Source: Acidimicrobiales bacterium (GTDB lineage: Bacteria; Actinomycetota; Acidimicrobiia; Acidimicrobiales; Bin134). Taken from it: 64,000 nucleotides of DNA. Both the position numbers and the translations under genes were made by a program. The notes under the pieces were generated by a model, which saw only the letters and a program-made list of their open reading frames with translations, was not told where the DNA came from and did not search any database. Location of the stretch: assembly GCA_965115985.1 (NCBI GenBank), contig OZ220474.1, forward strand, positions 2,974,707-3,038,706, given 5' to 3'. Positions 30,912 through 39,348 of this stretch are shown one piece after another (position 1 is the first letter of the stretch; the number at the start of each line of letters is the position of its first letter).

Positions 30912-33224
30912 AGGACGGCCGCGGCCCGCTATGTGGGGCAGTCGGTCAAGCGCATCGAGGATCCCCGGCTGGTCACCGGGCACGGCCGGTACGTGGACGA
31001 CGTCGTTCTGCCCGGCATGGTCCACGCCGCCTTCGGGCGCAGCGACCTGGCCCGGGCGACCATCACCCGCCTCGACACCTCTGCGGCCGAGGCCCTGGAG
31101 GGGGTCCGCGCCGTCTTCGTCGGCACCGACCTGAACCCCCACAACGACTCGCTGCGGGCGTCGCTGCATCCACCGGAGTCGCCCGCCCCACCGGCCAACA
31201 TGCTGGCCGACGGCGATGTCCGTTTCGTGGGCGACCCCTACGTGATGGTGCTGGCCGAGAGTCGCTACATCGCCGAGGACGCCCTCGATCTGGTCGAGGT
31301 CGAGTTCGAGCCGTTGGCCCCGGTGGTGGATTACGAGGTCGCCGCCGACGCCGACGATCACGTTCACCCCGAACTGGGCGGCAACCTGGCCCATGATTTG
31401 GTCGTGCCCAACCCGGCCCTGGAGGAGGCCTTTGCCTTGGCCGCTCATGTCGTGACCGAGACCTGGCACCAGCACCGCCAGACCAACGTGCCCATGGAGA
31501 CCCGGGGGATCGTGGCGTCCTGGCAGCCCCATGGCGGGGTGATGGAGGTATGGGCGTCCACCCAGAGTCCCCACGAGATCCAGCACACCGGGGCCCGGGT
31601 GCTGGGCATCGGCGAGCACAAGATGGTGGTCCACTTCGGCGATGTGGGGGGCGGGTTCGGCCAGAAGATGTTCCTGGGGCGCGAGGACATGGCGGTGCTG
31701 GTGGCCGCCCGGCTCCTGGGCAGCCCGGTGAAGTGGATCGAGGATCGCAGGGAGAACCTGCTGGCCTCCAACCATGCTCGCATCGAGCAGGTCACCGTCA
31801 AGATGGCGGTGGGGGAGGATGGTGGTTTCCTGGCCGCCGATCTGGACCAGCTCGAGGACGACGGGGCCTACCCCCTGGGCGGGCCGGCCACGCCGGGGGC
31901 CATGACCGCGATGCAATTCCCCGGGCCCTACCGGATGGGGCCGGTGAGCTGGCGGGCCCGCACGGTGTACACCAACACCTGCGGCCGGGGGGCCTACCGG
32001 GGGCCGTGGCAGATGGAGAGCGTGGCCCGGGAGCAGATGATCGACCGGGTGGCTCGGGAGATCGGCATGGATCCGCTGGAGCTGCGCCGTCGCAACGTGC
32101 TGACCCCCGACGACCTGCCCTACCAGGGGCCCACCGGCCTGGCCTACGAGACCACCATCTCCCCCGATCAAACCCTGGAACAGGCGGCCGAGATGATCGG
32201 CTACGAGCGGTTCCGGGTCGAGCAGGCCCAGGCCCGGGAGCAGGGCCGCTACCTGGGGTTGGGCATCGCTCTGTACATCGAGCCCACATCCATGGGAATG
32301 GGGCCGTTGGGTACGGAATCGGCCATGCTCCGGGTGGAGGTGGACGGCCATGTCAACGTGTTCATGGGCACCGGCTCGCACGGCCAGAGCCTGGAGACCA
32401 CCATGGCCCAACTGGTGGCCGACGAGCTCGGGGTGCGCCCCGAGGACGTCACCCTCCATCAGGGTCACGGCTCGGGCTACGGGTTCGGTACCGGGGGCAG
32501 TCGCTCGGCGGTGATTGCCGGCAGCGCGGCCCGGGCCGCGGCCGCAGGGGTGAAGGAGAAGGTGGTCGCCATTGCCGCCCACCTGATGGAAGCCTCCGCC
32601 GACGACTTGGAGGTGGCCGACGGGGTGATCTCGGTCCGGGGCACACCGGCGGCCTCGACGACGCTGGCCCGGGTGGCGGCCACCGCTTATCAGAACTCCG
32701 ACGCCCTTCCCCCCGGCATGGAGGCCGGACTGGAGCACACCGCCCGTTACAAGGCCCCGCCGACCACCCACTCCAACGCCTGCCACATATGCACCTGCGA
32801 GGTGGATCCGGGAACCGGCAAGGTCACCCTCCTTCGTTACGTGGTCAGTGAGGACTGCGGGGTATTGATCAACCCCATGGTGGTGGACGGCCAGATCGCC
32901 GGAGGAGTGGCCCAGGGCATCGGCGGTGTGCTCTACGAGCATGCGGTGTACGACGAGAGCGGCAATCCACTGGCCTCCACCTTCCTCGACTACCTGGTGC
33001 CCACCGCGGCCGAGGTGCCCGAACTGGAGTGCGGCCACGTGGTGGTGCCCTCCGACACCCCCGGTGGGCACAAGGGGACCGGGGAGGGCGGTGCCATCGG
33101 GGCCCCTCCGGCGGTGTTCAACGCGGTGGCCGACGCTCTGGCCCCCTTCGGGGTGCATCCCAACCGTCAACCGCTCGACCCCGATGCCGTACTCGATCTG
33201 ATCGCTTCGTCCACCAACTCCTAG
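30906..33224 (+). CDS. Molybdopterin-binding large subunit, xanthine dehydrogenase / aldehyde oxidase family
   Basis: 772 aa: VGQSVKRIEDPRLVTGHGRYVDD, GGGFGQK, and a C-terminal GTGEGGAIGAPPAV motif. The active-site loop reads GAYRGPW, which is not the form-I CODH signature. Confidence 0.92.
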   Translation: MSRTAAARYVGQSVKRIEDPRLVTGHGRYVDDVVLPGMVHAAFGRSDLARATITRLDTSAAEALEGVRAVFVGTDLNPHNDSLRASLHPPESPAPPANMLADGDVRFVGDPYVMVLAESRYIAEDALDLVEVEFEPLAPVVDYEVAADADDHVHPELGGNLAHDLVVPNPALEEAFALAAHVVTETWHQHRQTNVPMETRGIVASWQPHGGVMEVWASTQSPHEIQHTGARVLGIGEHKMVVHFGDVGGGFGQKMFLGREDMAVLVAARLLGSPVKWIEDRRENLLASNHARIEQVTVKMAVGEDGGFLAADLDQLEDDGAYPLGGPATPGAMTAMQFPGPYRMGPVSWRARTVYTNTCGRGAYRGPWQMESVAREQMIDRVAREIGMDPLELRRRNVLTPDDLPYQGPTGLAYETTISPDQTLEQAAEMIGYERFRVEQAQAREQGRYLGLGIALYIEPTSMGMGPLGTESAMLRVEVDGHVNVFMGTGSHGQSLETTMAQLVADELGVRPEDVTLHQGHGSGYGFGTGGSRSAVIAGSAARAAAAGVKEKVVAIAAHLMEASADDLEVADGVISVRGTPAASTTLARVAATAYQNSDALPPGMEAGLEHTARYKAPPTTHSNACHICTCEVDPGTGKVTLLRYVVSEDCGVLINPMVVDGQIAGGVAQGIGGVLYEHAVYDESGNPLASTFLDYLVPTAAEVPELECGHVVVPSDTPGGHKGTGEGGAIGAPPAVFNAVADALAPFGVHPNRQPLDPDAVLDLIASSTNS

Positions 33225-33324
33225 AAGCCTCCCCACCATCATCAGTTCGCCATCTTCGGGAGAGTCCGAACCAGCAACAGGAGCGACCGGGGCCTCGTCG
33301 CCCGGAGCCGGCCTGGGGCTGGGA

Positions 33325-34155
33325 ATGTGGGCGGCCATTGCCGGCATCTTCCTGTTCAGTTGGGGTCCGATACTGGTTCGCGACAACGAGTTCGGGGCTC
33401 TGCCGTTCGCGTTCTGGCGACTCATCGGCGCGGCCACGTGGGCGGTGGCCGCGCTCCACCTGCGGGGAGGACGTCTCGACCGTCGGGTGTTGCGCCACTC
33501 CCTGGTCGGTGGGGTGGTGTTCACCATCAACGGAGCCACGTTCTTCACCGCCATCAAGACCACCACCATCGCCAACGCCATGGTCATCGGGGCCACCGCT
33601 CCCATCTGCCTGCTGTGGATCGCCGGCCGGGTGTTCGGCGAGCGGATAAGCCCCCGGGTGGTCCTGGCCACCCTGATGGCCATCGCCGGGGTGGCTCTGG
33701 TCTTCCTGGCCCGGCCCGGCGGGATCGGCGGCGGGTCCCGTTCGGGGGATGTGCTGGCGGTGGTGGCCATGCTCTCGTTCGCCGCCTATCTGGGGGCCTC
33801 CCGCATGGCCCGCAACCATCTGAGCGCTCTGGAGTACCAGGCGGGGTGGTCCACGATCGCCGCGGTGCTGATGCTGCCGGTCGCGCTCTTGTCGTTCGAT
33901 CCCCTGGTGGTCGGGGACGGCCGGAGTTGGGCGGTGGCCGCCATTATGGCGGTGACCGCCGGGATGGCTCACCTGATGGTCAACTACAGCCACCGGTTCG
34001 TGCCCCTGCGGGCGATATCGCTGTTGAACATCGCCGCTCCCGCCCTGGCGGTGGTTTGGGCCTGGTTCCTGTTCGACGAGCAGCTCGGCGGCTGGCAGTG
34101 GCTCGGCGTCCCCCTGGTGGTGGTATCGGTGGCGGCGGTCGTACTGGATCAGTGA
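33325..34155 (+). CDS. DMT superfamily (EamA-like) transporter
   Basis: About 10 TM segments in two EamA-like halves. The start may lie upstream of 33325. Confidence 0.8.
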   Translation: MWAAIAGIFLFSWGPILVRDNEFGALPFAFWRLIGAATWAVAALHLRGGRLDRRVLRHSLVGGVVFTINGATFFTAIKTTTIANAMVIGATAPICLLWIAGRVFGERISPRVVLATLMAIAGVALVFLARPGGIGGGSRSGDVLAVVAMLSFAAYLGASRMARNHLSALEYQAGWSTIAAVLMLPVALLSFDPLVVGDGRSWAVAAIMAVTAGMAHLMVNYSHRFVPLRAISLLNIAAPALAVVWAWFLFDEQLGGWQWLGVPLVVVSVAAVVLDQ

Positions 34156-34305
34156 CCCGACCCGCGGGCGGGGTTGACCGGCGGAGCAAGGACGAGCGTT
34201 TCGACCTGCGCCGCCATGTCTGGCACCGGTACCAGCGTCGAGGGGTGAGCCGGCGGAGTAAAGATGAGTGATCCGACCCGCGGGCAGGGTAAAATTGCCG
34301 GTCGA

Positions 34306-34378
34306 TCCGGGGTAGCTCAACCGGCAGAGCAAGCGGCTGTTAACCGCTAGGTTGTGAGTTCGAGTCTCACCCCCGGAG
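34306..34378 (+). tRNA. tRNA-Asn (anticodon GTT)
   Basis: I folded a full cloverleaf by hand. Acceptor TCCGGGG/CCCCGGA, D-stem GCTC/GAGC, anticodon arm AGCGG-CTGTTAA-CCGCT, T-arm GTGAG-TTCGAGT-CTCAC, discriminator G. No encoded CCA. Confidence 0.93.
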
Positions 34379-34422
34379 CCCACATCCAAAACGGTGCCCA
34401 TCCCCGGAACGCAACGACCGGG

Positions 34423-34592
34423 CTGTTGGCCGATTGGATCGGCCGACGGGATAGGCCGTTGGGATATCGGGTGGTTGACCGATTGGGTAGGCCGTTGGGA
34501 TATCGGACGGCTGGCCGATTGGGTAGGCCGTTGGGATATCGGACGGCTGGCCGATTGGGTAGGCCGTTGGGATATCGGACGGCATGCCAACA
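34423..34592. repeat. 36-bp x~4.5 tandem repeat filling the spacer between two tRNA genes
   Basis: taggccgttgggatatcggacggctggccgattggg starts at 34452, 34488, 34524 and 34560, with a partial copy from 34423. Confidence 0.93.
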
Positions 34593-34606
34593 GGGCCGGC
34601 CAATAA

Positions 34607-34682
34607 GATGTGGCCGGGCCCGTAGCTCAGTGGTCAGAGCAGGCGACTCATAATCGCTCGGTCGCGGGTTCGATCCCCGCCG
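34607..34682 (+). tRNA. tRNA with CAT anticodon, probably tRNA-Ile2 (lysidine) rather than elongator Met; CCA encoded
   Basis: Cloverleaf GGGCCCG/CGGGCCC, anticodon arm GGCGA-CTCATAA-TCGCT, T-arm GCGGG-TTCGATC-CCCGC. G1-C72 excludes an initiator. C4-G69/C5-G68 and an anticodon arm nearly identical to my recollection of E. coli ileX favour Ile2. Confidence 0.9.
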
Positions 34683-34904
34683 GGCCCACCACGCACCACC
34701 AGGGTGCCCATGCACCGCTGGGGGGGATGGCCGGAGATAATCCGGCGGGTTCTGCTATTAGTGACGGGCACCATAAGGGTGCCCATGCACCGCTGGGGGG
34801 AGGGGGGGATGGTGCCAGGGGGCTGTTCGGTTGAGGACCGGTCCGGTGTCCCGGCTACGGTGACGACGGGGGCGCACCCTCGGGGTTGCACCTTCGGGGT
34901 TGTT

Positions 34905-36026
34905 ATGAGCCAAACCGAACTAGATGCCCGCATCCACCAGGTTCTCTCCGAGTTCCGGTTGGTCGGGCCCTTCTCCGCCGGGTACCCCGTCAACCAGAGG
35001 TTCGACTACTCCGCGCTCTACCCGCTCCTGGACTTCGCCGCCAACAATGTGGGTGACCCGTTCGGCTATTCCCGCTACCAGGCCAATACCCACGAGACCG
35101 AGCGCGAAGTGGTACGCATGGTCGCCGAACTCCTGAAGCTGCCCGCCGACCAGGCCTGGGGTTACGTCACCGCCGGCGGCACCGAGGGCAACATGTATGG
35201 TATCTACGTGGGGCGGGAGATGCTTCACGAGCCCATCGCCTACTTCTCCCAGGACACCCACTACTCGGTACTCAAGATCCTCCACATTCTCAAGATTCGC
35301 AACATCATGATCCGCAGTCAGGACAACGGCGAGATCGACTACGACGACCTCCGCGAATCGATCAGCATCAACCGCGACACCCCGGCCCTCATCATCGCCA
35401 ACATCGGGACGACGATGAAGGGTGCGGTCGATGACCTGGACCGCATCCGCGGCATCATCGACGACCTCGCGCTCACCCGTTACTACATCCACGCCGACGA
35501 GGCCCTCAGCGGCATGATCCTGCCCTTCGTCGACGACCCTCAGCCGTTCGGATTCGACCGCGGCATCGACAGCGCCGCCGTCTCCGGGCACAAGATGTTC
35601 GGCTCCCCGGTGCCCAGCGGGGTGGTGGTGACCAAGCGCGAGCACACTGCTCAGATAGGTCGGGCCATCGAATACGTCGGAGCTCTCGACACCACCCTTC
35701 TCGGTTCCCGGAGCGCCATAGCCCCGGTGATTCTCTGGTACTCCCTGACCAAGCACGGCCGTGACGGCTTCCGCGAGATGGTGGCCAACATGCTCGACAC
35801 GGCCGAGTACGCCGTGCAACGGTTCAACGCCAACGGCATTCCGGCCTGGCGGAACAAGAACAGCCCCACCGTGGTCATCCCTCGTCCTTCCCCATACGTT
35901 CTCTTCCAGTGGCAGCTCGCCCCCCTCGACGACCTCGCCCACCTCATCACCATGCCGCAGGTCACCCGAGAGATGATCGACGCCATCGTTGCCGACTGCG
36001 TGGAAAGGCCGCCAACCGCCCAATGA
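34905..36026 (+). CDS. hdc: PLP-dependent histidine decarboxylase (group II decarboxylase)
   Basis: Colinear with the Gram-negative HDC family as recalled: GYP.N..FDYS.L...L.F..NN.GDP; WGYVT.GGTEGNM.G; SQDTHYSV.KI; NGEIDYDDL; ANIGTT.KGA.DD; HADEALSGMILPFVDDPQPF.F; PLP-lysine motif VSGHKMFGSPVPSGVVV; AWRNKNS.TVV.P. The ATG at 34905 lies inside ORF 34704-36026. Confidence 0.92.
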   Translation: MSQTELDARIHQVLSEFRLVGPFSAGYPVNQRFDYSALYPLLDFAANNVGDPFGYSRYQANTHETEREVVRMVAELLKLPADQAWGYVTAGGTEGNMYGIYVGREMLHEPIAYFSQDTHYSVLKILHILKIRNIMIRSQDNGEIDYDDLRESISINRDTPALIIANIGTTMKGAVDDLDRIRGIIDDLALTRYYIHADEALSGMILPFVDDPQPFGFDRGIDSAAVSGHKMFGSPVPSGVVVTKREHTAQIGRAIEYVGALDTTLLGSRSAIAPVILWYSLTKHGRDGFREMVANMLDTAEYAVQRFNANGIPAWRNKNSPTVVIPRPSPYVLFQWQLAPLDDLAHLITMPQVTREMIDAIVADCVERPPTAQ

Positions 36027-36463
36027 GCCAGACCCCCCCATCCAACCGAACCGACGGCCAGGAAGCACCCGACTCCCGTCTGATCGTCGTCGTGCCCCAT
36101 GAGCCCGGGCAGCTCGCCCACGTCGCCGGCCTGTTGGCCGAGGAGAACATCGACGTCGAGGCCATGGACGGGCACCTCGTCGGAGAGCTCGGTGTCCTCA
36201 TGCTCAGCACCAGCGACGACGACACCGCACTCCATGTCCTGCTCAAGGCCAACCTTCGGGCCGTGACCTCCGACGCTCTCGTCTTCCACATGCTCGACCG
36301 TCCCGGTGCCCTGGCCGGCGTTGTGCAGTTGTTCGAGCAGAACGGCCTCAACGTCCGTACCATCCATATCATCCACCGCCATGCCGGCTCTGCCGTGGTC
36401 GCCGTCTCCACCGACAACGACGACCTCGCGCTCACCCTGCTCGACCGCGATTCCCTCCTCTAG
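36023..36463 (+). CDS. Tandem ACT-domain protein, translationally coupled to hdc
   Basis: The ATG at 36023 overlaps the hdc TGA (ATGA). Two ACT-like units are present (LIVVVPHEPGQLAHVAGLLAEENIDVEAM and LVFHMLDRPGALAGVVQLFEQNGLNVRTI). Confidence 0.75.
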   Translation: MSQTPPSNRTDGQEAPDSRLIVVVPHEPGQLAHVAGLLAEENIDVEAMDGHLVGELGVLMLSTSDDDTALHVLLKANLRAVTSDALVFHMLDRPGALAGVVQLFEQNGLNVRTIHIIHRHAGSAVVAVSTDNDDLALTLLDRDSLL

Positions 36464-36590
36464 TGGTTCCTGCCGGTAGCCGCAGCCAAAGCTGCTCGAC
36501 CGCGATTCCCTCCTCTAGTGGTTCCTGCCGGTAGCCGCAGCCAAAGCTGCTCGACCGCGGCTCTCTGCTCTGTCTGTTCCTCCCAGCAAC
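36437..36590. repeat. 55-bp x2 (+ degenerate third) tandem repeat copying the ACT-gene stop region
   Basis: ctgctcgaccgcgattccctcctctagtggttcctgccggtagccgcagccaaag occurs at 36437 and 36492, with a diverged copy from 36547. The first copy contains the TAG at 36461-36463. Confidence 0.92.
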
Positions 36591-36639
36591 TGCCGGGATC
36601 TCCTCACCCGGTGATGGAACCACCGGGAGTTCGCTCAGG

Positions 36640-37443
36640 TCAGGAAGTGGTCGGTTCGGGGGCCAACGGAGCCTGGTTGCCCTCGGCCGGTGCATCTTGC
36701 GGCTCTCGCCAACTGCGGGTGAGCCAGCCCAGCCGGTGGGCGGCGTAGAGGCCGATCAGGGCCAGCGCGGTGCCCACAAAACCGTCGACCACCCAGTGAT
36801 TGCCGGTGAGCACCACCGCGATCGACATCAGTATCGGGGATGTGACCGCGAACACCCGAACGACGACCGACCGGGTGCTGCGGAACAGCACGACCCCGGC
36901 GAGCACGTTCCACCCCACGTGGAAGCTGGGCAGAGCGGCGTATTTGTTGATCACCGACGGGGGTTGAAGGTACTTGTAGGAGGTGGACAGCTCGGTGACC
37001 GTGTCGGTGAAGCCGTCCAGGAAGCGGGGCGGGGCCACCGGAAAGAAGGCGAAGAACAGCAGCCCCAGCGCCCCGGATATGAGCATGGCGTTGCGCATCA
37101 GCGTGTAGCGGTGCCGGTTGTAGAAGTACAGCAGAAGCAGGGCCCCGATGATCATCGGCCAGTGCAACCAGATGTACACCCAGTTGAAGAAGGTCACCAC
37201 CCAGCGGTAGTCGAGCACTGCCGATTGGGACCAGGCTTCGAAGTCCAGTCCCAGGGAGGCCTCGAAGGTCAGCAGGTCGTAGGCGTTGCTGAACGCGACG
37301 GCCTCGGCTCCCTCGGTCAACATCCGCACCCCGAAGTAGACGAGTGCAGCCAACGTTATGATGCCGATCTGGCCCGGGAAGCCGCGCCATCCCCGGCTGC
37401 CGAAGATATCCGGTGCCAGTACCTGCTTCAGCCGTCGACCCAT
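36640..37443 (-). CDS. PAP2-superfamily membrane phosphatase/phosphotransferase (PAP2_3 / IPC-synthase-like)
   Basis: Polytopic, with motifs AALPSFHVGW and TGNHWVVDG (the PSxH and HxxxD pattern of PAP2 C2/C3). Confidence 0.75.
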   Translation of the reverse strand: MGRRLKQVLAPDIFGSRGWRGFPGQIGIITLAALVYFGVRMLTEGAEAVAFSNAYDLLTFEASLGLDFEAWSQSAVLDYRWVVTFFNWVYIWLHWPMIIGALLLLYFYNRHRYTLMRNAMLISGALGLLFFAFFPVAPPRFLDGFTDTVTELSTSYKYLQPPSVINKYAALPSFHVGWNVLAGVVLFRSTRSVVVRVFAVTSPILMSIAVVLTGNHWVVDGFVGTALALIGLYAAHRLGWLTRSWREPQDAPAEGNQAPLAPEPTTS

Positions 37444-37453
37444 GAGGTTCGCA

Positions 37454-37636
37454 TTCTACCGGGGGTTTGTCGGTCCGTCGTTGCGGGTTGACCGGGCCGG
37501 GATCGTGGAACGGGTTCTACCGGGGGTTTGTCGGTCCGTCGTTGCGGGTTGACCGGGCCGGGATCGTGGAACGGGTTCTACCGGGGGGTTGCCGGTCTGT
37601 CGTCGCGGGTTGACCGGGCCGGGATCGTGGATCGGG
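37454..37636. repeat. 61-bp x3 tandem repeat between two co-directional genes (5' region of the PAP2 gene)
   Basis: ttctaccgggggtttgtcggtccgtcgttgcgggttgaccgggccgggatcgtggaacggg starts at 37454, 37515 and 37576. Confidence 0.93.
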
Positions 37637-37640
37637 TGGG

Positions 37641-38210
37641 TTAGGCCAGGCCCTCCCCGAGCCAGGCCGGAGCCCGGTCCAGGAGGAACTCGCTGATTTC
37701 CGCCACCTTGGGCAAGGCTCCGCCCAGGCATTCCTCGCCGGTGAACATGCCGCTGATCGAAACCTCCACCCGGGCCGAGATGGTGATGCTCCGCTGGGGA
37801 GCGTCGGTAACCGCGGCATAGGCGTCCATGGCCGATACGTCCAGGGGCAGGTCCATGCCCCCGATGCCCGCCAGTTCGGTGGCCAGCAGCAGAAGATCGG
37901 GGCCGTCGGTCAACGGGGGAAGGCTCCACGACACCACCATCGGCAGCTTGAAGTCCTCGGTGGGGTCCGCTCCTTCGGGCAGTTCCATCACGTGGTCCTC
38001 GAAGCTCAGCATCACCCGGGGATCGACCTCCAGCGCGATGTGTACGTCCAGAGGTCCGCCGCAGGCGTTGGCGGGGTGCAGATCCACCTCCCAGGCCTGG
38101 CGCATGGAGTAGGTCTCGACGAAGTGGCGGTCGTCGTGGATGTGGAAGCCGAGGTCGGCGGCATGATCCTTGAGGTCGGCGATGAAGGTTGAGATATCGA
38201 CGATGGCCAA
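37641..38210 (-). CDS. Hypothetical protein (no family recognised)
   Basis: 189-aa ORF with protein-like, non-repetitive, acidic composition, flanked by clean intergenic arrays. It has no recognisable motifs. Confidence 0.6.
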   Translation of the reverse strand: MAIVDISTFIADLKDHAADLGFHIHDDRHFVETYSMRQAWEVDLHPANACGGPLDVHIALEVDPRVMLSFEDHVMELPEGADPTEDFKLPMVVSWSLPPLTDGPDLLLLATELAGIGGMDLPLDVSAMDAYAAVTDAPQRSITISARVEVSISGMFTGEECLGGALPKVAEISEFLLDRAPAWLGEGLA

Positions 38211-38243
38211 GAGCCCTACACTGCCACGCCGGAGCCGGTCATT

Positions 38244-38378
38244 GCTATCCGCGGGGTGTGGCTATCCGTGAGTTCTGGCTATGGGCGGGTTCTGGTTATC
38301 CGCGGGTCTCGTGGCTATCGGCGGGTTCTTGCTATCGGCGGGTTCTGGCTCGCGGTTAGGGCTATCCGGTGGAGGTCG
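38244..38378. repeat. 17-bp x~8 direct-repeat array in a divergent promoter region
   Basis: Units starting gctat/gttat occur at 38244, 38261, 38278, 38295, 38314, 38331, 38348 and 38361. The consensus is roughly GCTATCSGCGGGTTCTG. Confidence 0.88.
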
Positions 38379-38417
38379 GCAGCGGGTAGTTTCGCCTCGG
38401 TGGATGGTGACCAGATC

Positions 38418-39332
38418 ATGGCGGTTCTCGACCGGGCGGCCGGGGCGGTGGCCGCGGCGGTCGCCCGGACCAAGGGTGGGGAAACGACCGGGATGCGGGA
38501 GGGCCAGTACGACTTCGACGTGGCCGCCGACGAGGCGGCCCTGGCGGTACTGACCGGGGCCGGCTTCGGGGTGTACAGCGAGGAGTCGGGGTGGCACGAC
38601 GCCGACCGGGAGATGGTGGTGGTGCTCGATCCGGTGGATGGCTCCACCAACGCGGCGCGCGGTCTCCCCTGGGTCTCCACCAGCCTGTGCGTGGTGGACT
38701 CGGAGGGAATGCTGGCCGCGCTGGTGCAGAACCTGGTGAACGGCCGGGCCTACCGGGCGATCAGGGGCCGGGGTTCCACCGTGGACGGCCGACCGCTGGT
38801 GTCTTCGGCCGGACCGGGTAATCCCTGGGGCTCGGGCCCGTCCGCCCAGGTGTCTTCGGCCGGACCGGGTAATCCCTGGGGCTCGGGCCCGTCGGCCCAG
38901 GTGTCTTCGGCCGGACCGGGTAATCCCTGGGGCTCGGGCCCGTCGGCCCAGGTGTCTTCGGCCGGACCGGGTAATCCCTGGGGCTCGGGCCCGTCGGCCC
39001 AGGAGTCGTTGGCCGCGGCCACCGTGGGGTTGACCGGCCTGCCACCCCGGAACCTGGGGTGGGGGCAGTACCGATCCATGGGATCCATCGCCCTGGATCT
39101 GTGCGCCGTGGCCGAGGGAGTGCTGGACGCCTACATCGACTGCACCCCCGAAGGTCATGCCACATGGGACTATCTGGGCGGCATCCTGGTGTGTGACGAG
39201 GCCGGGGTGGCGGTGGACGAGGCCCGGGGGTGCTCCCTGCTGCCCGACGACCTGGCGGAGCGCCGCCTCCCCGTGGCGGCCGCCACCGACCCACTGCTCT
39301 TCGAGGTTCTGGTTCAGCGCCGCAAGTTCTAA
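38418..39332 (+). CDS. Inositol monophosphatase family protein (SuhB/ImpA/CysQ-like)
   Basis: Metal-binding motifs are EESG, VVLDPVDGSTNAARG and WDYLGGILVCDEAG. The ATG at 38418 lies inside ORF 38256-39332. Confidence 0.85.
   Translation: MAVLDRAAGAVAAAVARTKGGETTGMREGQYDFDVAADEAALAVLTGAGFGVYSEESGWHDADREMVVVLDPVDGSTNAARGLPWVSTSLCVVDSEGMLAALVQNLVNGRAYRAIRGRGSTVDGRPLVSSAGPGNPWGSGPSAQVSSAGPGNPWGSGPSAQVSSAGPGNPWGSGPSAQVSSAGPGNPWGSGPSAQESLAAATVGLTGLPPRNLGWGQYRSMGSIALDLCAVAEGVLDAYIDCTPEGHATWDYLGGILVCDEAGVAVDEARGCSLLPDDLAERRLPVAAATDPLLFEVLVQRRKF
38799..39002 (+). repeat. 51-bp x4 in-frame tandem repeat inside the IMPase gene, encoding (VSSAGPGNPWGSGPSAQ)x4
   Basis: gtgtcttcggccggaccgggtaatccctggggctcgggcccgtcSgcccag starts at 38799, 38850, 38901 and 38952. 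Confidence 0.95.
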
Positions 39333-39348
39333 ACTCCGGTTTCGGTCG

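Noticed and set aside
30906-33224. Calling the large subunit a carbon monoxide dehydrogenase (CoxL)
   Set aside because: The active-site loop reads GAYRGPW. That is neither the form-I signature (AYRCSFR) nor the form-II signature (AYRGAGR) as I recall them, so only the generic xanthine dehydrogenase/aldehyde oxidase family call is supported.
29583-33770. 1395-aa minus-strand ORF spanning the whole molybdenum hydroxylase operon
   Set aside because: It is antisense to three subunit genes with clear cofactor motifs. Its translation is Pro/Arg/Gly-rich without domain signatures.
34607-36640. tRNA-linked genomic island with the 34684/34759 direct repeat as att sites
   Set aside because: No integrase, excisionase or other mobility gene is present. 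The repeat does not duplicate the tRNA 3' half, and similar local repeats occur everywhere in the window.
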